Assembly: GCF_030028105.1 (NCBI RefSeq) | Contig: NC_092396.1 | Span: forward strand, 20,481,820 to 20,545,819 | DNA: 64,000 nt | Direction: 5' to 3' | Source: Mobula birostris | Taxonomy: Eukaryota | Shown: in pieces, positions 13,693 through 25,829 of the stretch | Position numbering within the stretch: position 1 is the first letter of the stretch | Layout: each line of letters begins with the position of its first letter | Notes under the pieces: model-generated | Told to the model about the DNA's origin: nothing | What the model saw: the letters and a program-made list of their open reading frames with translations, nothing else | The model's database searches: none | Position numbers and translations under genes: made by a program

Positions 13693-13752
13693 CTCATAAT
13701 CTTTGCGTGGCAAAATTTCATCCTCTTCCTCATGCGTCTCTCCGAGAATAGT
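13693..13752 (-). CDS. CLCN6: CLCN6 exon 2
   Basis: 60 nt, AG/GT flanks, TILGETHEEEDEILPRKDYE. Confidence 0.95.
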
Positions 13753-14254
13753 CTGTCAGGGAAAATAGAATATTGCATTAATTCCAGCCCAGTAAGATGT
13801 GAAATAATCAAAAATTCAAAAGCTGTAGGTACCAACTTTAACATGAACAGTTACAGAAAAACAAGGCTTAACAGAAAAATAACAGCCAGTTCAACGATCT
13901 ATCACATTAACTCCATCCAAAGACATCACCGTGACATTTTCCAGATACAAGTTTTCGGTAAAGATACCAAGACAGTCATAGAAAAGAAGGGAAAATGGGG
14001 TTGAAGTGGACATTTGCAATGATCAAACTAAACAAACTCAAGGCTAACCAGCTCATTCCTCCTCCCAGTACACTCAACTATAATGCAAGATGTCATTATT
14101 CCTTCTACATTACAGCTTCAGACAAGATCAGCTACTCAAGAATCTCATATTTTCACAAGATCTATTGAACTTTCAGGGCACTGAGCAGAAGACAACAATC
14201 TTACCATTAGTCTTTTACAACTTACCAACCCTTACAATACCCATTACTGTTGAC

Positions 14255-15325
14255 CACAACTGTTGTTGACGGTAAAATCTCAGGCAGTGATGAGGAGTGA
14301 GGTGGTTCATTTGGTTGAGTGGTATTGAAATAACAATCTCACACTGAATGTCAGCAAGACCAATGAATTGGTTGTGGGCCCCAGGTAGGGGAAGTCAGGA
14401 GAACACAGCAATCTTCACTGAAGTGTCAGCAGTGGAAAGGGTGAGCAACTTCAAGGTCCTGGGTGTAGACATCTTGGAGAACTATTGCGGGCCCAAGACA
14501 TTGAAGCAATCATAAATAAGTAACTGGCTCTACTTCATTAGGAGTTTGAGGCGATTTGGCATGTCACCAAACACTCCTGCAAATTTCCACAGAAGTACGG
14601 TGGAGAGTATTCTGCTTGGCTGCATCATAGCCTGGTATGGAAGCCTCCAATGCACAGAATTGCAAGCACCTATAGAGGATTGTAGATTCAGCCAGTTCCA
14701 TCCCATGGCACTACCCTCCCCACCACCGAGGATATTTTCAAGAAGGAAGCATCCACCATTAATCTCTACACCATCTGGATCATGCTATTTTCCCACTACT
14801 ACCATCAAGGAAGAGGTACAGGAGTCTGAAGACCCACACTCAATTTAGAAACAGTTTCTTCCTCTCTGCCATCAGATATCTTAATGGTCCAAGGAGACTA
14901 TTTCATTGTTCCATTTTTGCACATTGTATTTATTTTTGCAATTTGTGATAATTTTATGTCATTACATTGTATTGCTGCTGTAAAACAACAGATTTCACAA
15001 CATACAAGAAAGAATCAGATTCAGGTTTAAAATCACCAGCATATGTTGTGAAATTTGTTGTCTCTGCAGCAGCAGTACGATGCAATAAATAATAATAGAA
15101 AAAAATGTGAATTAAAGTACGTATGCGTTTGTCTGTCTGTATATGTATATTTTTAAAGATTTAAATTAAATAGGTAGTGTAAAATTTTTTTAAATTAAAT
15201 AAGTAATGACTTAGTGTTCGTGGTTTCAAAGTCCATTTAGAAATTGGAAGGCAGAGGGGAAGAAGCTGTTCCTGAATCATCGAATGTTGAGGCTCCTGAC
15301 CCTCCTCCCTGATGGTAGCAATGAT
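14255..15325. mobile_element. Rex1/Babar-type LINE fragment (plus) with an adjacent inverted tail fragment (minus)
   Basis: RRFGMSP..LANFHRSTVESILLGCIIAWYG; shared ATCAGATTCAGGTTTA tail motif. Confidence 0.72.
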
Positions 15326-16202
15326 AATGAACCCAAATCTCATCATCTTCCAAAGCTGATGCCATTGCCCTCTCAACACCATTACCCTGATACCCCAGAA
15401 GCCGGATACCCCTCCACTGTTTGCCAACATCCACAAATGAAAACCCTACAACACTACGCCTCATGTCAAGTTTTGGAAAATATTGCACCAGTCCACTAAT
15501 TTTCTGTAACAAATCCACCCCATCAGCAAGCCCAGAAATGATGGAACCATTAAGGCTTAGAAGTTAAGGCTGACCTGTTTCATCTGTTTCAATGAAAACT
15601 TTGTGGATAAAGCCTAAGAAATAAGGAGAATGCACCTTAAGCCTGATCTGCCCCCCAAGTCTTTTGGAACAGAACTTCAACTCCACTCAAGGGAACAGAT
15701 TCAAGATGTTAGTAAAATATAATACTGACGGTGATGAGAACTTTCTGTTCCCAAAGTAACCTGGATCTGGAGCTCTATCCTTGACAGACAAAAATAAATT
15801 GAAGATGAAAACTTCTTGAGCCAGATCCTGAGAGCTGGAAAGTGGGATTTGCCCAACCAACTCTGTATCAATTGGCATGGACATAAAAGGCCAAATTATT
15901 TGCTTCTCTCCGTATATTCCATGACTCTACAACATATCCTTCAATGCCCAAAAGTTTACTGATCTGATTTAAACATATTTCTCATCTGAACCACCACAGT
16001 CCTCCATAAAAGCAAATTCCAAGGCTAAGTTCTAACTCAGTCCTAAAATGCTGAACATGTTGCAATCCTTAGATCTAGACTCCCTAACTACAGAAAACTG
16101 CCTTTCCACATACTGTATCCCTAAGAATGCAATATCAGTGAGATCACCTTTACCCCCAGAACCCCAGGGAACATTCTATTCATTTTCCCTCATGGATAGA
16201 AG

Positions 16203-16251
16203 CAACAAAAAAATCATAATTCCACACAACAAAAAAAATCATAATTCCACA
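16203..16251 (+). repeat. 24/25-bp tandem duplication
   Basis: CAACAAAAAAA(A)TCATAATTCCACA x2. Confidence 0.85.
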
Positions 16252-16907
16252 TCCTTGCATTTGTGTGCAAGGAGGCCAAACTACGCACAGAGTTCCATAT
16301 GCAGTTTCACTTAACCCTGACATAATTATAGAAAAATTTCCTTAATCTTTATACAGCAATACTTTTACAATAAAGAAAAATACTATTTGCCCCAATTAGC
16401 ACAATACCTGCAATGTTAACTTCGTGAGGGAAAACTTTCAAAAATCCCCTTCAATACCTACATGTCACCTTTCTATAGATGTTCTTCTTTTCCTTTCCCC
16501 CTACCATTGTGAATATTTTGATACTTCCCTACATTGTTTGTACTTCAGCTGCCGCTTCTTTCGCCCAGTCATTCCATTACCTACGTAAAGCCCCAGACGC
16601 GTGCAATAATCCACCAGTCACAACCTGTCACATTAAAAACGATGCAGTGATTCATTTTTTGGACTTTGCAATAATACACCCCAGAGCAATCACAAGGAGG
16701 AGGGAAGAGTGCCCGGTGTTTGGATGGGGGAAGCCGAGGCACTGATGTGGCTGGAAGATGCTCGGCTGAATGCAAAGCCGGGGGTGGGGTGGGGGGAGGG
16801 CAGGTGTTAGCCACCTCGGAGTTATTATTTACACTCACGGCAAGATCGCTTTAAAGTGTCGGGGGCCGATGGATCGAAGCAGTAGCACGACCCGATCCGC
16901 CACTCAC

Positions 16908-16991
16908 CAGCTCCTCCGGACTGCGGCCCTCCCGCTCCCCGCAGCAACAGCAGCAGCAGCAGCCCCGCCGCAGACCTCGACCGCTCGCCAT
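16908..16991 (-). CDS. CLCN6: CLCN6 (H+/Cl- exchange transporter 6) coding exon 1
   Basis: MASGRGLRRGCCCCCCCGEREGRSPEEL followed by a GTGAGT donor; matches the Cys-rich N-terminus ending in PEEL of vertebrate ClC-6; lies in a CpG island. Confidence 0.95.
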
Positions 16992-17005
16992 CGCCACCAC
17001 CACCC

Positions 17006-17082
17006 CATGTGACCCGCCCACCCGCCTCCCCACCACGTGACGGGCAGGCCCGCCCCCCCCGGGCCGGGCTCGGTCACGTGAC
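17006..17082. promoter_or_regulatory. Cluster of three E-boxes including a perfect CLEAR palindrome GTCACGTGAC (17073-17082)
   Basis: CATGTGAC at 17006, CACGTGAC at 17034, GTCACGTGAC at 17073; MiT/TFE or USF-type sites. Confidence 0.75.
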
Positions 17083-17119
17083 TCCGATCTGCCAGTCACT
17101 CTCGCGGGGCGGGTGGAAG
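17083..17119 (+). other. MTHFR: Probable non-coding exon 1 of MTHFR (5' boundary unknown)
   Basis: Consensus donor AAG|GTGAGT at 17120 in the CpG island; the first coding exon has its own acceptor, so an upstream UTR exon is required. Confidence 0.6.
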
Positions 17120-19619
17120 GTGAGTCGGGCTCAGCGCGAGCGCGAGCCTGGCCCGGCGTGTGCGCGTATGCGCGCGCCGGCAGCGGGGATGGCGAGTTCG
17201 CGACGTGGGCGTCGTCGCTCTGTGGGAATTTAGCCGTCGTGGGTTGGACACGGTGTGGAGGAGGCGGGCCGGGAGTGAGCAGGGAATAAAGAGTGGTTCG
17301 GCCACTATGGAGTGAGGGAACGGTCTGTGTACGGGAAAGTTGAGGCGGATCGGACAGCTGCTCCGCTCCATTCATTCGCCGAGCTCCGAGTGATTTTTAC
17401 CTCCTTACCGACTTTGCGAAGTTTCGGCTCTCTGAAGCAGGCACAACATTGCATCTGCAGACCCTTTGTGCGATCTGTTGGTTCAAATTGGGGGAATACG
17501 TGCCTGTCTGCACCCGTCTGAAAGAAATATTTTTAAAGGAAGTCTGGTTACGCACGTCGGAGGAAAGACTCGCAGAAATCAAAGAGTGGTCTCGTCAACT
17601 CGAAAGTGTTTCAACGGTTCCACAGGTAGGCTGAATGTTTTAAGATATTGAATCAAGTAGTACTCCCAGGGCTGGTGCGAAAACATGTAAATCTTCACCA
17701 CCGCCACCAATTGTATTGGGTGCTGATTTCGTACCGTGACGCCAATATATCAAACGACAAGGATGCTGACTTCGTGACTGGTGAGATGAGCGGCTGAAGG
17801 ATGTATCGCTAAGACGGCTGACGTGATTTTTGTTTATGGCAGGAATGCTGTGGAAATAACACGGGCTTTTTAGAACCATGGACGGGGTTAAGGGAACTTT
17901 AAAGCGGCTGGAAAATCAGAGAAATTCTGATAGTGCACATTGGTTTTGAGGTTTATGAAAGAGGAAGGATGCTTCATGATACCTGGACGATAAAGTTCAG
18001 AAAAACACATACAAGAAATGCATGAGTAGGTCACGTGTGGCCTCTCGACGAAACAAATTCCTTCCCACGACTCTCGAGTATTGCAATATTTCTTGTTTTT
18101 GTTTCAGATTCATTTCTGTAATTTTTTAAGACTTTACTGTAACCTATCAAACCTGTTCCACCATCAAGATCAAGCTATTGTGTGTCCAAAATCCACTTTT
18201 CTGCCTGATTTCCTCAAATATATCAAAGATGTGTTGATTTTGACTTTTCCAAAACAAATTACTAAAAGGTTCAATAATTTATAAACATCTGCATTGAAGG
18301 TATGTCTTCTGGGCAGTTCTGAATGACTGACACTCTTCCTGACACCCTGCCACTAACTGACACTGTTAGGGGCAGTGACACTGACAATGCAACTGGAACA
18401 TCAGTAAAATGTTCAAACAAGACTACTCCTGGTTCTTAACACAAGGGAGTAGAAAGTTTCACGATCAATATCTGTAGGATAACTTGAATTCTTCTAGTAA
18501 ATGCAAATTGTCCATGTATGTCTTCCCTTCACAAAGGTCAAAACTGCACACTGTATTCTAAGTTACTTCAAAAGATCACAGAAATGATTCTTAGTGCAGA
18601 GGAGATTTGTTATCTGGTAATTTGATAAAGGTGTTCAAAATGTGAGTTTAAAAATACCTGGCCCATATTTGTCTCTGTGCTTGCACAATGAATTGTGGTA
18701 TTACAACTCTTATATGGGGGATAGTTTTCATTTACTAAAATTCAGTGCTGCTTTGGGTACTCACTTGTAGGCATCTGTTTTTGCATCTAAGAATAGAGGT
18801 TATTCCATTCTCAGTGAGATTGGATCTCCAAAGTCAACTTACTATCATTTTAGTGTGTCATCTGCAGACCAGTTGTGGGAGTTGGATTTTGAGTGGTGTC
18901 TGAGTGGGCAGTGGATCAGTTGGTGATGTGTCATAAAAAGGGCTACCTTAATCTTTTGCTGTCATTGAACTCCAAACGTGTAGTAGGACTTCTCGAACAC
19001 ACCGAGACATGAAAATGCCAATCATTTTTAGTGGGGTGGGTTCAGTCACAACCTTAGATTGGAGCACTAAATGTTACAGGTTGCTATCACAAGTATTTCT
19101 CTTTGTAAGTTTGAAACTGATGTAACCTGGTGGTTGTTATCTTATTAGATACATAACTCAATTACATAATTCAGTCAATAATGTCAAGGCAGCAGGTATA
19201 TCAATTTATTAGCAATAACCTCCAACTTGAGGGTTTGCATTTTTCATTACCTTCAGGAGTTTCTCACTATTGTTACTTGCAGTGTACATTATTTTCAATT
19301 GTATTTTCCCAAACCAATGAGCTTCTCTTGTTCTGTGGAACAGTTAGTGTAAAGGTTGCAAAATCTGTTGACCGGTATTATGGTGAGTACATTGTAGTTT
19401 CAGTGTTTGGCTAAGTAATGAGAGAGATGCAGAGGATTTTAGTTAGAATTGGATTTTGTTTTTCTTCCAAAGCAGGACTTTAATCCAATTCAAGAGACTT
19501 ATTTTCTTTTTCTTAGGTTAGGGAAGTAAGGTTCTGTAGTGAAATGAAGGCACCTTGATTGTCCAGAGCTGTACAAGCTTGAAACTATCTAATATTCAAC
19601 TGTATCATCAACAATTAAA

Positions 19620-20525
19620 TCTGGAGGGCTGTCAGGGGTTACAGCGGAACATTGATAGGATGCAGAACTGGACTGAGAAGTGGCAGATGGCGTTCAACCC
19701 AGGTAAGTGTGAAGTGGTTCATTTTGGTAGGTCAAATTTGAACACAGAATATAATAATGGTAAGACTCTTGGCAGTGTGGAGGATCAGCGAGATCTTGGG
19801 GTCTGTGTCCATAGAACACTCAAAGCTGCTACGCAGGTTGACAGTGTTGTTAAAAAGTTGTATGGTGTGATGGCCTTCATCAACCGTGGGATTGCGTTCA
19901 AGAGCCGTGAGGTAATATTGAAGCTAAACAAGACCTTAGTTAGACCCCACTTGGAGTACTGTGTTCAGTTCTGGTCACCTCACTATGGGAAAGATGTGAA
20001 TACTATACATAGAGTGAAGAGGAGATTTACAAGGATGATGCCTGGATTGAAGAGCGTGCCTTATGAGAATAGGTTGAGTGAACTTGGCCTTTTCTCCTTG
20101 GGACAATGGAGGTTGAGAGGTGTCCCAATAGAGGTGTGTGTTGCTTGAATTTGCAGCATCTGCAGAACTCCTGTTGTAGAGGTGTATAAGATGTGAGAGA
20201 CATGTGAGAGATATAAGATATGTGGATACCCAGGGCTGAAATGGCTGACACGAGGGAGTATAGTTTTAAGGTGCTTGGAAGAGGGGATGTCAGAGGTAAG
20301 TTTTTCACACAGAGTGTGATGGGTGTGTGGAATGCACTACCAGTGACAATGGTAGAGGTGGATACAATAGGGTCTTTTAAGAGACTCTTAGATAGGTACA
20401 TGGAGCTTAGAAAAATAGAGGGCTATTCAGTAGGGAATTTCTATGCAGTTTCTAGAGTAGGTTACATGATCGGCACAACATTGTGGTCCAATGGGTCTGT
20501 AATGTGCTGTAGATTTCTATGTTCT
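19620..20525 (+). mobile_element. CR1 LINE 3' fragment
   Basis: KWQMAFNPGKCEVVHFG...LVRPHLEYCVQFWSP; TTCTATGTTCTA tail. Confidence 0.9.
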
Positions 20526-20584
20526 AAATTCTGCAGAGAAAGAGCATAGAGATTTTCTATGCTTTGTACAGTGTTTGTGTAAGA

Positions 20585-20634
20585 TATATATATATATATA
20601 TATACACACACATATAACACATACATATACATAC
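20585..20634 (+). repeat. (TA)n/(CA)n compound microsatellite
   Basis: About 10 TA units followed by CA/CATA-rich sequence. Confidence 0.9.
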
Positions 20635-22613
20635 AAGGTCTTTGCAATCTGTGAGGGAATGATGTGTGCTGTCTGAAAGTGGATATTTCTTTTGTATGTG
20701 TGTATTTTATCTGTGTGCCTGTGAGTTCAGACAATTATGTGATTTCCTCTAACAGTGCAGGGATATAATGCGGAAAGCTGTTTGCTGCTTCCTTTGCACC
20801 AGTTGAGGAAACAGAATGAGAGGAAGGAAGTAAAAAAGAAGAGGGAGTGAGATAGTCTAGAGCAGGGGTTGCCAACATTTTTTGTGTCATGGATCCCAGC
20901 TTGGTTACCTCTGGTCGAGCGACAAGTGTGGGTGATCTGGATTATGCTCATAGTTTGCTGATTCTAATTATCAATGTTTTCATTTGCAAGTGCTAAACGT
21001 TGAGACTTCGCTGTTTGAAAATGTAACTCCATGGTGTGTGTGTATGTGTGGATTGGTGGGGGGGGGGAGGTTGCTGGTGTGAGGAGGGAGGTGATGGAGT
21101 GAGAATTGTGAGAGGAGGAAGATGATACAGGATTGAGGAAGGGGGAGACTAGCAGAGAGATGAGTGTAAAGGGCTGATAACTAGACAGAGTAGAAATCTG
21201 CAAGGATGTACTGCTGTGGTTCTATAGGGCATTGGTCAGACTAAATTTGGAATATTGTAAGCAATTTTGGGCTGCCCTGGAAAGGGTCCAGAGGAGGCTC
21301 ACAAGAATGATCCCAGGGCAGAACAGACTTAATGGGTTGAATGGCCAAGTTCTGCTCCTATCTAATGGAGTCAGCTATAAAAGGGAACTAGGAGACTGTG
21401 GGGATGGGTGGGTGCACGGAGGGAACCAGGGGCTGGGTGGTTGGTGTGTTGTGGGGTGGAGATATGATCAGTGAGATTTTGAAAAGGATGAATTTTGTGT
21501 TATGAATCTTTACCCAGAGATTGTATCTTTTAATATTTATTACACAAATATTATCTGAAAAGGTATATGTGGTGACATGACAATGAGAAGTTGACTGAAT
21601 GGCTGGGCACAAGGTTTAAGAGCTTGCTGCTGATAGTCAGTGCAAAATTCCAAAAGCTTCCTTGACTGAGGTTTTCAGGTCTTGCTTCTTATCCCGTTTA
21701 TCCACCCTTATTCCAGTTCCCTATTGAAGTTGCAGGGAAGGATCAGGCATGAATCAAGTCACAGTCCTATTCCCATTGAAAGGGTGAATGAGCTTGAAAG
21801 GTGACTCAACTGACTATTCACAAGGCAGCAATTCCATCCCAACTGGACTGGAAATTCAAGATTTCTTCTTTGATATAATAATACAGATAAGTTGGTTATC
21901 ACTTGTAAGGTATGCTGCCCAACACTGGATCAGCTGTGAAGATTAACCACGTGAGTTACCTTCCCCATTCCAAAGATGTTCAGGTTAATTGGTCACATGT
22001 GTGCAATTGGGTGTCACAGGCTTGTTGGGCCAAAAGGCCTGTTACCGAGCTGTATTTCTAAATAATAAATAAGGACATCCAAGTGTCTAATTTTTAACTG
22101 GTAGAAATACATTATGTGCCTTACAAGGAAGTAAAATGCTGACTAGTGTTACTGGCACAATCAGTTCACCACTAAGACATTTTGCATCTGCCACCAAGAG
22201 GAAGCTTCGTAAGGACTTGCAGCTCGTTCGACTATAGATCTTCAAATTAGGTAAATGTATATTAGGTAACCTTTGGTGCTCAGTTGATCAACAGTAACTG
22301 TAAGAGATTAGGGGGTTTTAGATTTTTCCTTGCTAAAACTTGGTTTGGCCCACAATTTGAGTTAGAAACTAGGAGTATGGCAGATTCAGATTCACGTGGT
22401 CCCTAGGAAGACACAGAGCCAATAAATGAAGTGAGGTAGAGAGGAGGAGAGGATGAAGCCTCCAAGCCTTAAACATCAGAAAAGATGGTAAATGGTCTTA
22501 CACTACCAAACCAGTTTTGTGCTTGTGCATCATTTCGATGTGCAATTTATTGGATAGAAACAGTAGTTCCAGTTCATTAAGCAGCTGTATTTTCTGTTTA
22601 CAGGTAATTACTG

Positions 22614-22828
22614 ATGCTGATTGAAGAACAAAAAGACATGGGGCGTGTGTCCAAGTTTGACGGTTCCAGCGATAGTTCCAGGGGAAGTTCACGCAGTTCG
22701 ACTCCTCCTGTCGATACTGACCGGCTCAGGGATAAGATGAGCCGCCGCATTGAATCTAGAGACACTTGGTTCTCCCTGGAATTTTTCCCTCCACGGACAG
22801 CCAGTGGTGCAGTTAATCTGATCTCCAG
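22614..22828 (+). CDS. MTHFR: MTHFR first coding exon (acceptor before 22604, ATG 22614)
   Basis: Ser-rich N-terminus [15 protein letters not shown] then [21 protein letters not shown]; AG|GT donor. Confidence 0.95.
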
Positions 22829-23827
22829 GTGAGCCAATTGCACAATAGCTGATTTACTATTTTAGTCTCTTACAGAATCAAGCAACGCTGTCAATCCCGG
22901 TTTTTAGCCCATCCCCAAGTGCTGTTAAAGGTGCTGCCTCATTGTGCAATGGGCATGCACAGCAATGGCAGACACCATTGAGTGATCCAAATTCAGCTCC
23001 CAGAGAAAGGTGACATCGGTGAACAGGGTAATGATGACATTTGGTATGCTTGCCTTCATAGGCTGAGGCACTGAGCTCAAGAGTCAGAATGTTAAATACT
23101 TTTGTTGCTGGGTTTCATAGTATGTTCTAGAACAGGGGACTTGAGTGGGATCTGTTGGGATTGCTGGTAGAGCAAATACCTTCTGTTGGTGTGACGGGGC
23201 TACGTACTGGAGCAGTTACCATTGAAACTGGTGATTTCTGTGGTACAGTGTGCTGCAGCTGATGGATGTCCACTGCGTCACTGATTGGAGGTATTGATTC
23301 CTGGTGATGCATCAGTGTGCAAGAAATCATTACAAGGGGGCCATATCATCCTCACTGAGTGCTTAGCTCGCTGTGTGCTTTGTAGTTGTAGCTGATATAA
23401 TATTGCAGACATTTTCTAATTTTCCCTTTCTCCTGTCAAAAGACAGCTTTGGAAGTACTAAACTGGTCTACGTACCATTCTGTGGATGCTGGTCTTTTCT
23501 GGAAGAGGCGCTATCACTAAAATACAAATTCTCTACCCTATCAGAATGAGACAAGTTGATAGAAACATCTTAATTGAACCAATTGTTTACTTTGAGAATT
23601 CAGAACAGGACCAATGATTTTTAAAATTGTTTTCTTGCTAATTTGGAAGTTAACTGTCCCATTTTCCCTTAACCTTGGTATGGCTCAGTTTACCTGGACC
23701 GACTAACCATTGTTCTGATTTGATCAGCGCTCTGGTTAAGCTTGATGAACCACTGGATGAACTGTTGTTGGGATCTTATAATAGATAGTATGCTGTGACT
23801 TGTTGACCATGACCTTTGTTTGGTTAG

Positions 23828-24066
23828 GTTTGATCATATGGCCATTGGTGGGCCACTCTTCATTGATGTCACTTGGCATCCTGCTGGAGACCCAGGTGGT
23901 GACAAGGAGACTTCTTCCATGACCATTGCTAGCACGGCAGTGAATTACTGTGGTCTGGAGACATTGCTGCACCTATCCTGCTGTAACCAAACCAAGGATC
24001 AGATCACAAAGCACCTGGAGAAAGCTCGTAGCCTTGGGCTGAAGAACATACTCGCACTTCGTGGTG
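23828..24066 (+). CDS. MTHFR: MTHFR coding exon 2
   Basis: 239 nt, [23 protein letters not shown]...[10 protein letters not shown]. Confidence 0.97.
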
Positions 24067-24218
24067 GTAAGATACTGAGCAGTGTTTTGTTTTAACCTCT
24101 TCCAGGACTTAGCTCCCTCTCCTGTCACCATGCTACTTCCCACATCAGCAGCAGAGAATCTTCTGGTTTTCCATCTCTAACCTCGATAACTTCTGTTCCA
24201 TAAATGCCAGGCACTGTT

Positions 24219-24900
24219 TAATACAATTTAAAATCCTACATAGACTAGGCAAGTTTATTACATAGTTATGCTTTATGTCCTGGGATACAAGAGTATTGGA
24301 AGCAAATATTTGAGGTCCTATTGAAGGTACTAAAGGTTCAGATAATACCAGACCCCATTTTAATAATTTTTGGAACTTCTGCGAGGTCAAAGAAATTCCA
24401 GGCTACCCAGCAACAACTCCTGACCTATGGCATACTGAATGGAAAGAAACTCATACTGGTGTTCTGGAAAAAAGAGGAAACTCCATCACTCAGACAATGG
24501 CTGGCTGCATTAATGGATACTCTGCATCAGAGAGGATAAGATACGTTATCAAGGACATACTCAAGGAATTTGAAAAAATCTGGTAACCATTACTGTTGTA
24601 TTTAGAAGAGACCGACAGCTGAACTAAGTGTGGGGGGGGGGCGGTAGGACCTAAACAGCACATACAGGAGGGGCGAGGGGAGGGGAGGGCTGGTAAGGGG
24701 AAAGGAGATGGGGTGGTAGGGTTTCCTTTGCGGGTTTCCTTTGCTTTTTGCTTGTTTACTATTCATACATTCATTTGATTTTCATTATGTTATAAGAAAG
24801 AAAAGAAAAAAGAAGCATTGTACTTTAGGATATTGTCTGTTGTGGTTAAGCTGATGTTGCTTCACAATAAAAACATTTGAAACAAAACGAGAAAAAAACG
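24219..24900 (+). mobile_element. L1/Tx1-type LINE 3' end in an MTHFR intron
   Basis: IQFKILHRL...KKLILVFWKKEETPSLRQW...EFEKIW; G-rich 3' UTR, AATAAA at 24866, A-rich tail. Confidence 0.7.
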
Positions 24901-25437
24901 AATCGATATGTATCGGTGAATCCAGCCTGCCTACTGTTTCCTACATTCATTTGAACTCCAAGGATATGGAAAAGGTGATGAACAAAAGGAACTGTGGCTC
25001 ATGGGAAGAGAGCTATAGGTTATTGATAAAATCCCTTTTCTATGGCATTATCTATATATTATCTTCTTGTGGATCCTATTCTTGTGTCTATGGGGTATAG
25101 AAAGGAATAAACCTGAAGGAATTTTTCCATTATTTTTGCTGGGCAAATAAAATCAGGGAGAGGAAGGGAGATAATAGATCCAAAATTAATGTGAAATATT
25201 TACCAGCATTCTGTAGACAACAGCATTAGAGAAAAACATGGTTTGCTGTAGAAATATGGGAAAACTTATGAATCATTGTCAACCAATTAATTCCGCATTA
25301 AAATTTTAAAATATGATATAGTCTGTTCTATATTTTTCCCATCTGAGCCAAGTATGTCGGCAATAGGGGGAAAATGAAGTTCAGAGTTTTTGGATTGCAG
25401 GAGCTAGTAACAGATCCTGTTGTTTTACGTGCTTTAG

Positions 25438-25548
25438 ATCCTCTTGGTGATGAATGGAAAACTGAAGAGGAAGGATTCAATTATGCTGTTGACTTAGTCA
25501 AGCACATTCGCTGCAAGTTTAATGATTACTTCGACATCTGTGTTGCTG
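25438..25548 (+). CDS. MTHFR: MTHFR coding exon 3
   Basis: 111 nt, [37 protein letters not shown]. Confidence 0.97.
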
Positions 25549-25635
25549 GTAGGCTAAGCTTCGAGAACCCAGTTTCTTTGGATCTTGCCATCTTGCTTGA
25601 GGCAAGATGATGATTTAAATTGTGTTTCCTTGCAG

Positions 25636-25829
25636 GTTACCCAACTGGGCACCCTGACTGCAGCAGTTATGAGGAAGATCTCAGCCACCTGAAAGCAAAG
25701 GTAGATGCTGGCTCAGACTTCATCATCACCCAACTGTTCTTCAGACCCAAGACCTTCCTGAAATTTTTAAAGGACTGTCGTACAATTGGAATAACTTGCC
25801 CCATTTTGCCAGGGATATTTCCCATTCAG
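25636..25829 (+). CDS. MTHFR: MTHFR coding exon 4
   Basis: 194 nt, GYPTGHPD...[17 protein letters not shown]...[10 protein letters not shown]. Confidence 0.97.

Larger units (their letters stand above)
16780..17420. promoter_or_regulatory. CpG island, bidirectional CLCN6/MTHFR promoter
   Basis: GC- and CpG-dense block in an otherwise AT-rich, CpG-depleted window; GC boxes (CCCGCCC/GGGCGG); sits between divergent genes. Confidence 0.88.

Noticed and set aside
16770-17375. Several overlapping long ORFs (up to 174 aa) across the promoter
   Set aside because: Expected from stop-codon scarcity in a GC-rich CpG island; only 16908-16991 matches a real protein
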